From Paecilomyces variotii (taxonomy: Eukaryota): a stretch of DNA of 64,000 nucleotides. The stretch lies in assembly GCA_004022145.1 (NCBI GenBank), contig RCNU01000001.1, one strand, 5' to 3'. The notes under the pieces are model-generated. The model was not told where the DNA came from. It did no database searches and saw only the letters and a list, made by a program, of their open reading frames with translations. Positions 41,502-52,745 of this stretch are shown piece after piece; position 1 is the first letter of the stretch; the number at the start of each line of letters is the position of its first letter. A program made the translations under genes and the position numbers.

Positions 41502-42349
41502 TTAGACGATGGCCAGCTTGGTAGCGGCAATGTCCAGAGCATCGACATCAGGAGTCAGGCGAGCGAAGGCCTTCTTGGAGCCATCGGGTCTGCATGAAAA
41601 AAGTCAGATAACCATACCACCAGTAATTCGCGACCGCTTTAATTCATGGGCGAGGATTTTTTTTCCATACCTGACCAGAGTGTTGATCTTGACAGTGTCG
41701 ACATCGTACAGCTTCTTCAGAGCCTGCTTGATCTGTCGCTTGTTCGCCTTGACATCCACAATGAAGACCAGGGTGTTGTTCTCCTCAATCTTCTTCATCG
41801 CACTCTCGGTGTTCAGGGGGTGGATGATGACCTTGTGCTCGTCGAGGCGGGGAGCATGAGGGATGGACTTGCGAGGGTACTTCGGCGTCCGAGAGAGCTG
41901 GAGGGTCTTCGGGCGGTGGAAGGTGGTCGAGGTACGGATCTTGCGGGCCTTCTTCGCCTGTTCATCCACATCTTAGTATTTCGAATCTCGTCAATGGAGC
42001 AGGTAAATGGAATGTAAACGTACACCGGCGCCCTTCAGCACAGCCTTGGCGGCAGCACCGGCCTTGTCGCTGGGCTTCGTCGTCCCTGTTTGAAGAAGAA
42101 GCAAAAGTCAGCGGCTTGTCGTGAAAAAAGATCTCAGGAAATAGCGAGAATGCAATTCCTGCGTATCGTTCTCTTCTCGAATTGTTTTCAATATCGAATC
42201 GGCCTCAAGATCTTCTCCATGTCACACTTTGTATGACGAAATTCCGATGGCGCCCGATATACCACAGTCTTCGAAGAAAACGATATTCAGAGAAACCTGA
42301 ATGCGAGATGATCTGGATATCCATCTTTACCTTTCTTAACTGGAGCCAT
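41502..42349 (-). CDS. RPL25: 60S ribosomal protein uL23 (L25), 4 exons
   Basis: [64 protein letters not shown]. Confidence 0.97.
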
Positions 42350-42758
42350 GGCTGTCTGTCGGCGTGCTCGTCGTTGTTGTCGCGATAGTCGAGAGTCGAA
42401 TTCTTTGGAGAGTATTCGCTTAGCGAAAACCCTAGGACTGCTGTGGGTCACCTGACCTGCCGCGGCGGTGTTGGGCTTTGCCGAGTGCCCTAGAGACTAA
42501 CAGGACTTTAGCGTATCCGGTAACTAACTCTTCCAGATCAACTCCCTTCCACGCACGGACTCTTAATCAGCAAAAGTCGCGATAGTCGCATCAGACAACA
42601 GACAACAGGCCTTTGTCTGTGACTTTGGAGCGCTACGAGGACTCTTTCATCTGTCTAGTTAGAAGGATCATGGCAAAGATGTCTTCTAGCAACTGCTAAT
42701 CAATTGCCATTATATATCATTATTCATTTCAGAGTCTTCTCTCGAAGTCCATCTCATA

Positions 42759-43649
42759 ATGACAGCCAAGAAGACACCCAAGAAACTTTCGCAGCTTTCA
42801 CGCGGCCGTCCACCAACGCTGCGTGCGGGTCGTCCAGCCTTATCTGCAAAGGCGACCAGAAATTTGATCCGTTCTCACCATCGGCTCTTGAAAGCACGTG
42901 CGCAGGCTCTAGAAGCAGGTGATGACGATCTAGTCCGCAAGCTTGATAGTCAGATTCAGGCGAATGGTGGGTTAGAGAGTTATCAGCTCGCCAGCAAGAT
43001 TGGACAATCGCTGGAGCGAGGTGGTGATACCAGCAAGCTCTTGATTGAATGGATCAACTCGACGTTGAGGGAGCTCAAAGGGACTCCATTCAAACTGCGC
43101 GTGCTTGAGGTCGGAGCACTTAGTACAAAAAATGCGTGTTCTTTGAACCCATTTCTCGACGTCACTAGGATCGATCTACATTCTCAGGAACCCGGTATTC
43201 AGCAGCAGGATTTTATGGAGAGGCCCCTCCCTGCTTCGCATGAAGATCAGTTCCATCTAATCAGTCTGTCGCTGGTACTGAATTACGTGCCGGACGCCAT
43301 CGGGCGAGGCGAGATGCTCAAGCGCTGTGTGAATTTCCTCACAGACGTGTTTCCTTCTGGGTGCCCAATGACGGGTTTCAAGCCCTTGCTGTTCCTTGTG
43401 CTACCAGCTGCGTGTGTTACCAATTCAAGATATCTCACAGAAGAGAAATTGCGACGAATAATGTCCAGTATAGGCTTCTCTCTGGCCAGAAGCAAAACGA
43501 CCTCCAAACTGATATATCAGCTCTGGGAATATAGCGCAACTCCAGATAAAATGCTCTTCAAGAAGGAAGTGATCAATCCTGGCAGGACCAGAAACAATTT
43601 CGCCATCGTTCTCCGCGACAGCCTCTCAGCATCTGTGTCAGAGACATAG
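42759..43649 (+). CDS. BMT2: 25S rRNA adenine-N1 methyltransferase Bmt2
   Basis: GGLESYQLAS, VLEVGALS, IDLHSQ..IQQQDF, SLSLVLNYVP..RGEML, RNNFAI. Confidence 0.9.
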   Translation: MTAKKTPKKLSQLSRGRPPTLRAGRPALSAKATRNLIRSHHRLLKARAQALEAGDDDLVRKLDSQIQANGGLESYQLASKIGQSLERGGDTSKLLIEWINSTLRELKGTPFKLRVLEVGALSTKNACSLNPFLDVTRIDLHSQEPGIQQQDFMERPLPASHEDQFHLISLSLVLNYVPDAIGRGEMLKRCVNFLTDVFPSGCPMTGFKPLLFLVLPAACVTNSRYLTEEKLRRIMSSIGFSLARSKTTSKLIYQLWEYSATPDKMLFKKEVINPGRTRNNFAIVLRDSLSASVSET

Positions 43650-43700
43650 TCACCAAGGGCAAATCCAACGAAGATAGACTTTGGCTTGAAATGGGCTCTC

Positions 43701-45927
43701 CTAATTTGCCGACATAGCCTCTCTGGGCAAGAATGCCCAAACTGTCCCGACCACGGCCATTGCCGACGATGCCACCAGCAGAACCCAGTCCAGCACTCTT
43801 TCTCCGCGAGGAATATCATTTCCAAAAATCTTCAGGTAGAAAGCAAGAGGCAAAATGATGCATATCGTGAAGCAGAGGGAAGATCCCATCAACGCCATAA
43901 TGCGATCGAACGCTGGAAAGACGATAGCAATGAATACAATCAGCGCGATAAGAAAGATGCGAATCGCTATTCTGACTGTCTGGTGGATCCTCTCTTTGGA
44001 AGGTGAATGGAGGGACGCGGATTCACTTTGTGAATCAACGCCGCAGATGACTTCGCAGATGGCGATTAGCGGCCGACAGCTACATGATAGTCAGCCATCT
44101 GAGAATGTTACATGTTCTCTCTGATGGAATGTCACTTACTTGAGTGGCGTCTTCGTGATGGGGATAATCGCAATGAATATCACAACGCAGATCGAGAGTC
44201 CGCGTGGGTAACCTTCAGTTAGCAGAACATTGGATGTGATTTCATCCCGCACGCCAGGTCCAAACATTAGCCAGCCAATAATAGCCATGGTGCAATCGAG
44301 GCCGTACTGACAGGGGGACACGTTAGCATAAGGTGCCCCAACAGATATCCCTGGAGTCTCTTACCGTGAAGAAGTATGTGGCTCGCAGACTCTTCCCGTA
44401 TTTATGAGGATGTCTCATGTCTCGATAAATGTTAGGAAACACGCCATGTCCACCCCAAGGAGCTAAATAAGACGATTAGAGGATGATTGTCGACTCTTTA
44501 CGAAGAACCACTCACACATTATGAGGCCGAAACTGAGAGGGAGCGTCGCCCAGCTGTCTGGGAAAAGACTGGTTCTGGCTGGCTCGAGCAGCGAGCCGGG
44601 GGCTCTCGGTTTCAGAAACCCGTCGATGATCACTATGAGTACAACTAAGGCCTCTTAGTAACTCATGTTATTTTCATTCGGATGGAGAAAGATCGCCTTA
44701 CTCGATGTGCAAGAAATGATACCTAAAACACTGGTGACGCTCAAAAGTCGTAGAGGAACGAAATTTAGAGGAATGAGAATGAGCCCGCATATGATCTTCC
44801 ACTGGAGAAGACCCAATCCTGGTATCAACGCGTCGAGACTATCGGCGAAAAGCACAACAAGTGCGACACAAGCTCCTATAAGCTCGAGGGAAAACAGGAT
44901 ACTCGTTACCACACGTGCTGGCTGGCCAAAGCTGATATATGCCAGGTCGGCGTATGTGACAAGACTTCGATCAACGTCGAGGCACTTAGCAAGAACCTTA
45001 GCTGTGTAGGCTGTGGCCATAGCCGCAAAGAGAAGAAATGGCAGACCAATGAGCCAACCAGCATATTTGATACCCAACGGCAGACTCAGAAGACCGACCC
45101 CGATTAGAACGTTTACCGAGTTGAAGATGGTTTGTGGCACGGTCGATTGCCCAACAACGACGTTCTCCTTGGTCCCATCTTCATGCTCGATTTGCTTGAC
45201 GAGCAACGGTTCTCTATCCGCATCCCGCCCCGCAACAATAGGCGGGTGTTCTTGAATGGCTTTCACCGGTTGTCTGCTAGATATGCGGCTGATACGAGAT
45301 GCGACCGAGCCGTATGATGCCCCGTATGCTCCTTCAGGAGGGGAGGCCACGTGTATATCCGGCAGTCCTGTGTTTGGAAGTGGTTTCTTGGACGGTCCAA
45401 GACCGCTGTCGCTGCCATAATCGGCAATGGCTGTTCTAGGCCAGACGTCTCTTGCTTCCGAGTTATCACCGAGAAGTGGCTGGTCCTCTCTTCGTCCAAA
45501 GGCTGTGGGCGTTTCTTCTCCATCAGAATATTCCGATTCACTCGTAAAGTACGAGGATCCCCATAGGTTAACCTCTGGGAAACCTGCCGCTCTCTGCCAT
45601 GAGCGTGCGAAATTGTCGATGCTGTTTACCCCGCCGGCATTTCGGAGGCGTATAGACATAGAAGAGGACCTTAAGGTGCGGAGGTAGACATTAGTAATTG
45701 AGAAAGCATATACAAACGGCCGCAACGGTGTTTTGAAATTACCTTTGTCTCGAGAGAGTCGGATTCTCTGCGTCATAATCATTATCGTCGTTACCGTAAG
45801 TCGTTTGTTTGTGCGAATGTGATGATGGAGAGGACGCGAGCCGCGAGATGCCCGATCCTTGACTGGTAGAATGACCGCTTCCTCCATCGCCTACAGGGCT
45901 GAATGGCCGTGTATTGGAGGGATTCAT
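43701..45927 (-). CDS. AVT1: Vacuolar amino acid transporter, Avt1-like (AAAP family), multi-exon
   Basis: STVPQTIFNSVNVLIGVGLLSLP, YADLAYISFG, GGHGVFPNIYRDM, multiple hydrophobic TM segments. Confidence 0.88.
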
Positions 45928-47491
45928 TATACCCTCCTACAGGAGAGAGCTGCGTCGCGAGGAAGGAGATAAAAGATGCAGTAATTGGATAGCAGCAATC
46001 GGTTGAAACCTATAGTAAGTAGCCAATGGGACAGAAGCTCCGACGTCGACAAATGCGCAAATAAAAGAATTTTTTGCTTCCCTAGGGAGCTAGATACGTC
46101 GTCTCAGAGTTGTCTGCAAGGTGGACACGTGAAATCGGATGTTCAGATAGATCGACATAGAAGCTTCGAGCTTGGAGAGAGACAATGACGTTTTATTTGT
46201 GACGGCTAGCGGATAGCTCTGTTGGTGCCAGCTTCAATAGCCCCATGAAAATATGCCAGGCAAAAAATCAGAAGAAGAACGAGAGAAAGCAATTGAGAGA
46301 GATGAAAATCACTCCAGATCGCAGGGCGTTATCATCAACAGCTCCGACGCCCTTACGGAAGTTTTGTGGGGTTTGCTGATAAGCTTGCCGTGGTTCCCAA
46401 GACCCGCTAAGTAGCAAGAGGGGAACAAACCGTGTGTACGGAGTAGTAATAACTATTTAACTATTTTTGCGGTACAAAGACAGGCGACCGCAAAATAATT
46501 ATTTTATCGCGCCAATTGCAAAGCCTTCAATAGGGAATGATACTGTAATACTTGGCATGAGGGGAGGTTGTTCTGTTCAGATGAAGTAGGTATTGGCGAG
46601 CAAACGTTGAGGGGGGACTGCTGTTATCGGAGGATTCTCATTCTTGAGGACCTCATCCATCACGCTTTGACTAATGAGAATCAGTATTGTAAGTTTGGAA
46701 AGATCTCAAGAAACTAGAGCGCCAAGTGTTCTTAGCATGTGCGCATGAGGTGGAACCTATCTTCCATGATGTCCATCTGATCTATACCATATCGAACTGC
46801 TAGTGCTCGTTGTGGGAGAGATAAGTACGCGGTTCTTGTTTATGACAGCACATATTTCCTGGGTAATACGTGATATAAACAGCCCGGGGGGATGATCGGA
46901 GGTTTGAGGAGGCTAGCAGTGAATAATAGTCCGAGCGCGATGTAGCGAGATGACCCCGTAATAATCGCTGCCGGCACTTGTGAATCCCACATCTACGGAG
47001 TAGTGTTATGGGACCTTCGCACAGAAATAATACTCGCGTGTAGACAGACCATTATCGATGAGAAGAGCTGCCAAGAGCAGTGATATAGCACACACACGAC
47101 TTGAAATAGATACTAGACTAATACTAGATATTATAATAATAAATCCAGGGGTATTTCACGAACACAAAGAAGTAGGGTTCCAACCGCCACCCTCCAGTGT
47201 GACGAGGCAACGTGGTGGTGGATTATGTCAGCTCCGCGGCGCGTTGACCTATAATCCTGCCTCCCCCACAGTACCTGAACGAAATTTACTCGAACAACCC
47301 CGCTGGACTGGACTGCCCGACCGGCTTGAAGGTACGTCTTAACACTCAGTTCCCGTTGTTTTCTGGTGATGGAAGAAGTAGACTTGAATCGTTCTATTGT
47401 TCTCTTACAAAACTGACCTCTTGCGCGGAATAGCTCCGACGGACGGACAATCCTTTCTTACCATCCCGGTCGCACACCAGCGTCGCCCAAG

Positions 47492-48974
47492 ATGAGCGCG
47501 CCTCAGGCGAACGAGGCGGAGAAGAACATCGAGATATGGAAGGTTAAGAAACTCATCAAGCGCCTTGAGGCGGCGCGTGGAAATGGCACGTCGATGATTT
47601 CGCTGATCATCCGTAAGTATATCCAGGGTTTCCAGACATCTTAACTTCGCCGCTGACTATAGCCCCTCCCCAGCCCCGAAGGACCAGGTGTCCCGAGCCG
47701 CGAAGATGTTGGCAGAAGAATTCGTATGTCTACTCTCACCGTTGAACCATACCCTTATACACCGGCTAACTGTTTCAAGGGAACTGCTTCCAACATCAAA
47801 TCGCGTGTGAACCGTCTCTCTGTCCTTTCCGCCATTACCTCCACCCAGCAGCGTCTCAAGCTCTACACCAGGGTCCCCCCGAACGGCCTCGTCATCTACT
47901 GTGGTGAAATTATCACTGCGGAAGGAAAGGAAAGGAAGATTAACATCGACTTCGAGCCTTTCAAGCCTATCAACACCTCCCTGTATCTTTGTGACAACAA
48001 GTTCCATACAGAGGCACTGAGCGAGCTGTTGGAATCGGACCAGAAGTTTGGTTTCATCATTATGGACGGAAACGGTGCTCTCTTTGGTACATTGAGTGGA
48101 AACACTAGAGAGATCGTCCACAAATTCTCCGTTGACCTGCCCAAGAAGCACGGACGTGGTGGTCAGTCTGCTCTGCGTTTCGCCCGTCTGCGAGAGGAGA
48201 AGCGTCACAACTATGTCCGCAAGGTTGCTGAACTTGCAGTTCAGAACTTCATCACCAATGACAAGGTCAATGTGGCGGGTCTGATTCTGGCCGGTTCTGC
48301 TGATTTCAAGAACGATCTGAACCAGTCTGACATGTTCGACAACCGCCTGCAATCAAAGGTCATCAAGGTCGTGGATGTTTCCTACGGTGGTGAGAACGGA
48401 TTCAACCAGGCTATTGAACTCGCTTCTGAGACTCTGGGCAACGTGAAGTTCATCCAGGAGAAGAAGCTGATCGGCAAGTATTTCGAAGAGATCAGTCAGG
48501 ACACTGGAAGAGTCTGCTACGGTATTGAGGATACTCTGAAGGCATTGGAGTTGGGTGCTGCGGAGATATTGATCGTGTACGAGAACCTTGATATCACTCG
48601 CTGGGTCCTGAAAAACTCCAACGGTGAGGAGATAATTCTCCACACTACCAAGGCGCAGGAGTCGAACCGAGAGCTTTTCATGGACAAGGAGACTGGCCAG
48701 GAGATGGAGATTGTCGAGCAGACATCCCTGTTGGAATGGCTGGCGGAGAAGTACAAGGATTTCGGCGCCACGCTAGAGTTCGTGTCCGACAAATCCAGCG
48801 AAGGAAACCAGTTCGTCAAAGGCTTCGGTGGTATCGGCGCGATCCTCCGTTACAAGGTCAACTTCGAACAACTTGCTGATTTCGATGATGAGGATGAATT
48901 CTATGATGGTACGTAACCTCATAGCGCGTTCTAGATTTTCACGACTATATGCTGACCATGTATGCCTAGATTGA
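47492..48974 (+). CDS. SUP45: Eukaryotic release factor 1 (exons 47492-47612, 47674-47723, 47780-48908, 48970-48974)
   Basis: [40 protein letters not shown]; spliced end EFYDD-TGA. Probable 5'UTR intron 47332-47433. Confidence 0.97.
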
Positions 48975-49143
48975 CGGTTTGGCAACCTCGCAGAGAGCGA
49001 GGAGGGAGGCCCAGAGATCCAGTCGACGGATACTCTGACGGATCGTCCGCTGGCACGCAAAGACGGCATCCATGTGATGCCTGAAGCTGCTGCCACGCGT
49101 ACCATGACGCCACCTAATCCGAGCTCTATCAAACTGCTCAAAG

Positions 49144-49194
49144 GTATGATCCGTTGTTCTAGCCGCAAGGCTAAGTTTGTCCATGTTGATGCAG
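49144..49194 (+). other. Putative 3'UTR intron of eRF1 (51 nt)
   Basis: AAG|GTATGA donor, GCTAAG branch-like site (imperfect), TGCAG acceptor, 169 nt downstream of the stop. Confidence 0.65.
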
Positions 49195-49698
49195 TGGAAA
49201 CTAACCAAGACCAGGACCATCCAAGCTCCGCGCTATGGAGACTTGTACTTACTAAGAGAACCCGCGGTCCATACTGAGCACAATAGAAATTTGAGGGGGA
49301 TTGTGAATTCGTTAAGAGTATCTGGTTTCTGTCCCAACAAGCTAGGCTGAGAAGGACCAGCGCCACAGTCTATCTTGGCTTGGTAGTTCCACAAATATTC
49401 CCCTGTATCCAAGAGACTGCAGAATTCAGCTATTTCGTTGACCTTCCGTCTTTTTATGCAGCGTATTTGCCGCTGCATTTCACAAATATGCAAACAGTCG
49501 GTCATTTCCCAAGTGTTGCACCTGCCTTCTTCTACCAGAGATCATCTGGCACTGTTGTGAACAGCCATTCAATGGAACGCTCATTACCAAGCACCCTGCT
49601 GCATCCAAGAGAATGGTCCATATATGATTGTATTGCTCGAGGCTTTTGGAAACAAAGAGATCCTTGCTTCCCACGTAGTCCCAGGTCTTTGCGCGTGT

Positions 49699-50708
49699 TC
49701 AGGAAATCTGCTCATCCCAAGTCCCCAGATTTCGGCAGCTCTCCGTGACCTTTCCTAGATCCTCCAGCAATTGACCAACAGTCTCGTCATTTGGAGAACT
49801 AGTAGTCTCACTGCATTCTACGAAGAAAACGTAGTGCCATGGCTTGCTCCGGCTTGGTCGGGTGTTAATGCTCGTAAGATTTTGACCATGTGTCTTGAAA
49901 ACAAGCAGAGCATCTGCAAGCGCCCCAGGAGAGGAATGATTGACCGTGAATGAGACAAGCGTTTTTCTTTTCGCAGGGGATTGTTCATTTTTCTCCGCGG
50001 ACCCAGCATTAGCCAGACTCGGGGGGTATGAGCTTGCAGTCTGTTCTGATCGAATATTCCTCACTATTAGAAACCTTGTCGTATTGTCATCTTTATCCTC
50101 AATGTTTGCCTCCAGAATATCGGCCCCGTGGTACTCCGCAGCAAAGCTGCTTGCAATCGCCGCACTTTGACCGGTCTCATCCCGTGCAGCAATCTCGGCG
50201 GCTTTTGACGTCGAAGACACATCTTGCTTCTCCACCCCCTTGAAGTGCTCGGAGAGAAACTTCTCACACTGGCCCCAGGCCTGGGGGTGCGTATATAGTT
50301 TATTTATGAAATCATAACTGCCAGATGCGGAGGGTGCGGTGCCTTTTCGAGCCAGAAGACAGTGATGCACGGTAAGATAGTACTCGCCGCAGATCTCAAT
50401 ATCACTATATACCCGGTCGCGGTCAGCTAAGAGGTCCAGGGTCTGGACAACTGAGCCATTCGTCGAATTCTCAAAGGGGATCGCGGCGTAATCAGCGTCG
50501 TTCTGTTGGACCGCGGAGAAGATATCGGCAAATGTTGGGCAGGGGGTCAATTCAGCTGAGCGACCAAAACATTCAAGTGCGGCCTGTAATGAGACGAGGA
50601 GTTAGCACTACGGGTTATATATTGTCTTTGTTGAGCAGGGCATAAATTTCTTACCTGATGAGAGAAGGATGCCGCGGGGCCCAGGAACGCAACCCGGAGT
50701 CGCTGCAT
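49699..50708 (-). CDS. PHA2: Prephenate dehydratase (2 exons)
   Basis: RVAFLGPAASFSHQAA, PFENSTNGSV, THPQAWGQC, SSTSKAA, NTTRFL, PGALADAL..F, NLTSINTRP. Confidence 0.95.
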
Positions 50709-51007
50709 GGCTCCTAGGAAATGCTGACGGTTGTGTGATATGGGTATTATGAAAGTGAGAAGGAGTAATGATTATAAACATCCATCCCCGAAGCAAAATA
50801 ACCCGAGACTCTGCAAGTATTATTGCTGTCGCTAGGACACGCCCTTCCAACTGATCCCCGCGACATCGGAGAACTTCGCATTGTCCGGCAGAACAAACAA
50901 GGCAAACCGTGGATATCTCCGCAGTTTATTCCGCGACATCTACTCTATATCTTAAAAGCCGAAAACTCCCAATCATTGGTACTCATGGCGCTTGGGAGTC
51001 TATCAAT

Positions 51008-52179
51008 ATGAGTTTCGCAGCAAGAGGCAATGGTCCGTTGCGTCGCTGGGTATCTTTAAGTGGAAGGGCACCCCGATCTGTTCGCCCTTCCTCTTCCCTA
51101 TCAGAGCGCTTTCACCAAGAGTTAACGACGCGCCGGTTGCCTCTTATTTATGACTATTTATCCCCTCAACCTTCTCATCTTCTGAACTTATCTCTTGTCG
51201 GATATGTTCCTGAACTGGCTCCCGAGACGTCCCTTGGTGATGCTGGCGGGATTCTCCCACTGATCAGCTCCCCCTCCCGTATGGCTGTCGGTCATCACTT
51301 GGTGTATTTTCCGCCCCAGGTGACATTGTCGCAGCTCCTACCGGACGGAACAGATGTTTTACATACACCCGGAGAGCCATTTAATAGGCGGATGTGGGCC
51401 GGAGGTCGAGTAAGGTTCCCTCAACAAGGAGGTCCACTACTCGACGGCAGACGCGCAGTCTGTATTGAAGGTATTCGAGATGTCAAGGTTAAAGGACTGG
51501 ACGGGCAAGAGAAGATCTTTGTCGGTATCGAGAGACGGGTCGCCACAGTAGGAGAACAAGAGACCGAAGAGAAAATCAGAAGCCGGGTCTGGCAAGCCAG
51601 CGAAGAGGACTTCGGAGACGCAGAGATCATTGAGAGACGAGACCTAGTCTTTTTGCGAGAGAAAACACCGGAACAATTACAGAACGATAAGGCTTCTTTC
51701 TCCAAGGGTGGTAGGATCGTAAAGCGTGCGCAGAGCCAATTCACATTTGTTGTTTGTTCAAATTGATGATAACTGACATTTCTTTCTTCAAAAAAGCGCC
51801 TTCAGATCCTGAACTCAGCTTTAAGCTCAGACCAAACAAGGCGTTGCTGTTTCGCTACTCAGCTCTTACATTCAATGCTCATTCTATTCATCTCGACAAG
51901 TCCTACGCTCAGGATGTTGAGGGATATCGCAATCTACTCGTCCACGGACCATTGTCACTAACTTTACTTCTCACTGTTCTTCGATGCCATTTATACAAGC
52001 TGGGGCGTGTGATCAGGGATATTGAATATAGAAACCTTGCCCCTCTCTATGTATGTGAGGAGATGACTATTTGTGCGAAGCCTAAGCGTGGCCTCGACAC
52101 GAACCAGTGGGAGGTATGGATTGCAGGTGAGGATGGGGGACTCACCGTCAGAGGAACCGTCCGCACAAGTGAACTATAG
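51008..52179 (+). CDS. HTD2: Mitochondrial hot-dog fold dehydratase, Htd2-like (2 exons)
   Basis: Arg/Ser-rich presequence-like N-terminus; LLPDGTD, RRMWAGG, LLFRYSALTFNAHSIHLD..YA, LVHGPL. Confidence 0.8.
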
Positions 52180-52745
52180 AAGCATACATTTAGAATTTCA
52201 CAAGTGCAGCCTGAGAATATTATCGCAGCTCGACTCTTCAAAATGCTACGATACTCCCATGGTGTTGTATACAGAAGCAATAAACACACCTTTCCATTCG
52301 AGTTCCCCTGACTCCAATAAATCAGAGTGATACTATATATTATGGATATTTATTTCTTTCCTCTTCGTACTTCCGCTAGTTACATATACCTGGAGTTTCA
52401 TTGCGAAACTCTTCTCCTTTATCTTTTTTCGCTTCTGTATTGATTACTTAATCGAGGCCCGCACCGAACTTGGTAGAAAGCTGGTGTTGCCTAAAATTGC
52501 ACCTGGAAACCTCCGGATAAACGACGCACCGGGTAATTTGTGGATTAGCGGCTCGCATCTTTTTAAGCTTCAAAAAGAACACAGTTCACTTCTTCCTCTT
52601 CTCTTCTCTTTACGCTCTGCTGCCATTCTCGACAGAGCATCCAACACGCCTCGTAACTGCAGGCGATAGAGGGTCTGTGACAGTGATATCACGGCAGTGT
52701 GTCGCAAGCCCAGAGGGTTAAGGTCGCCCTTTATTTATCCTAGAC

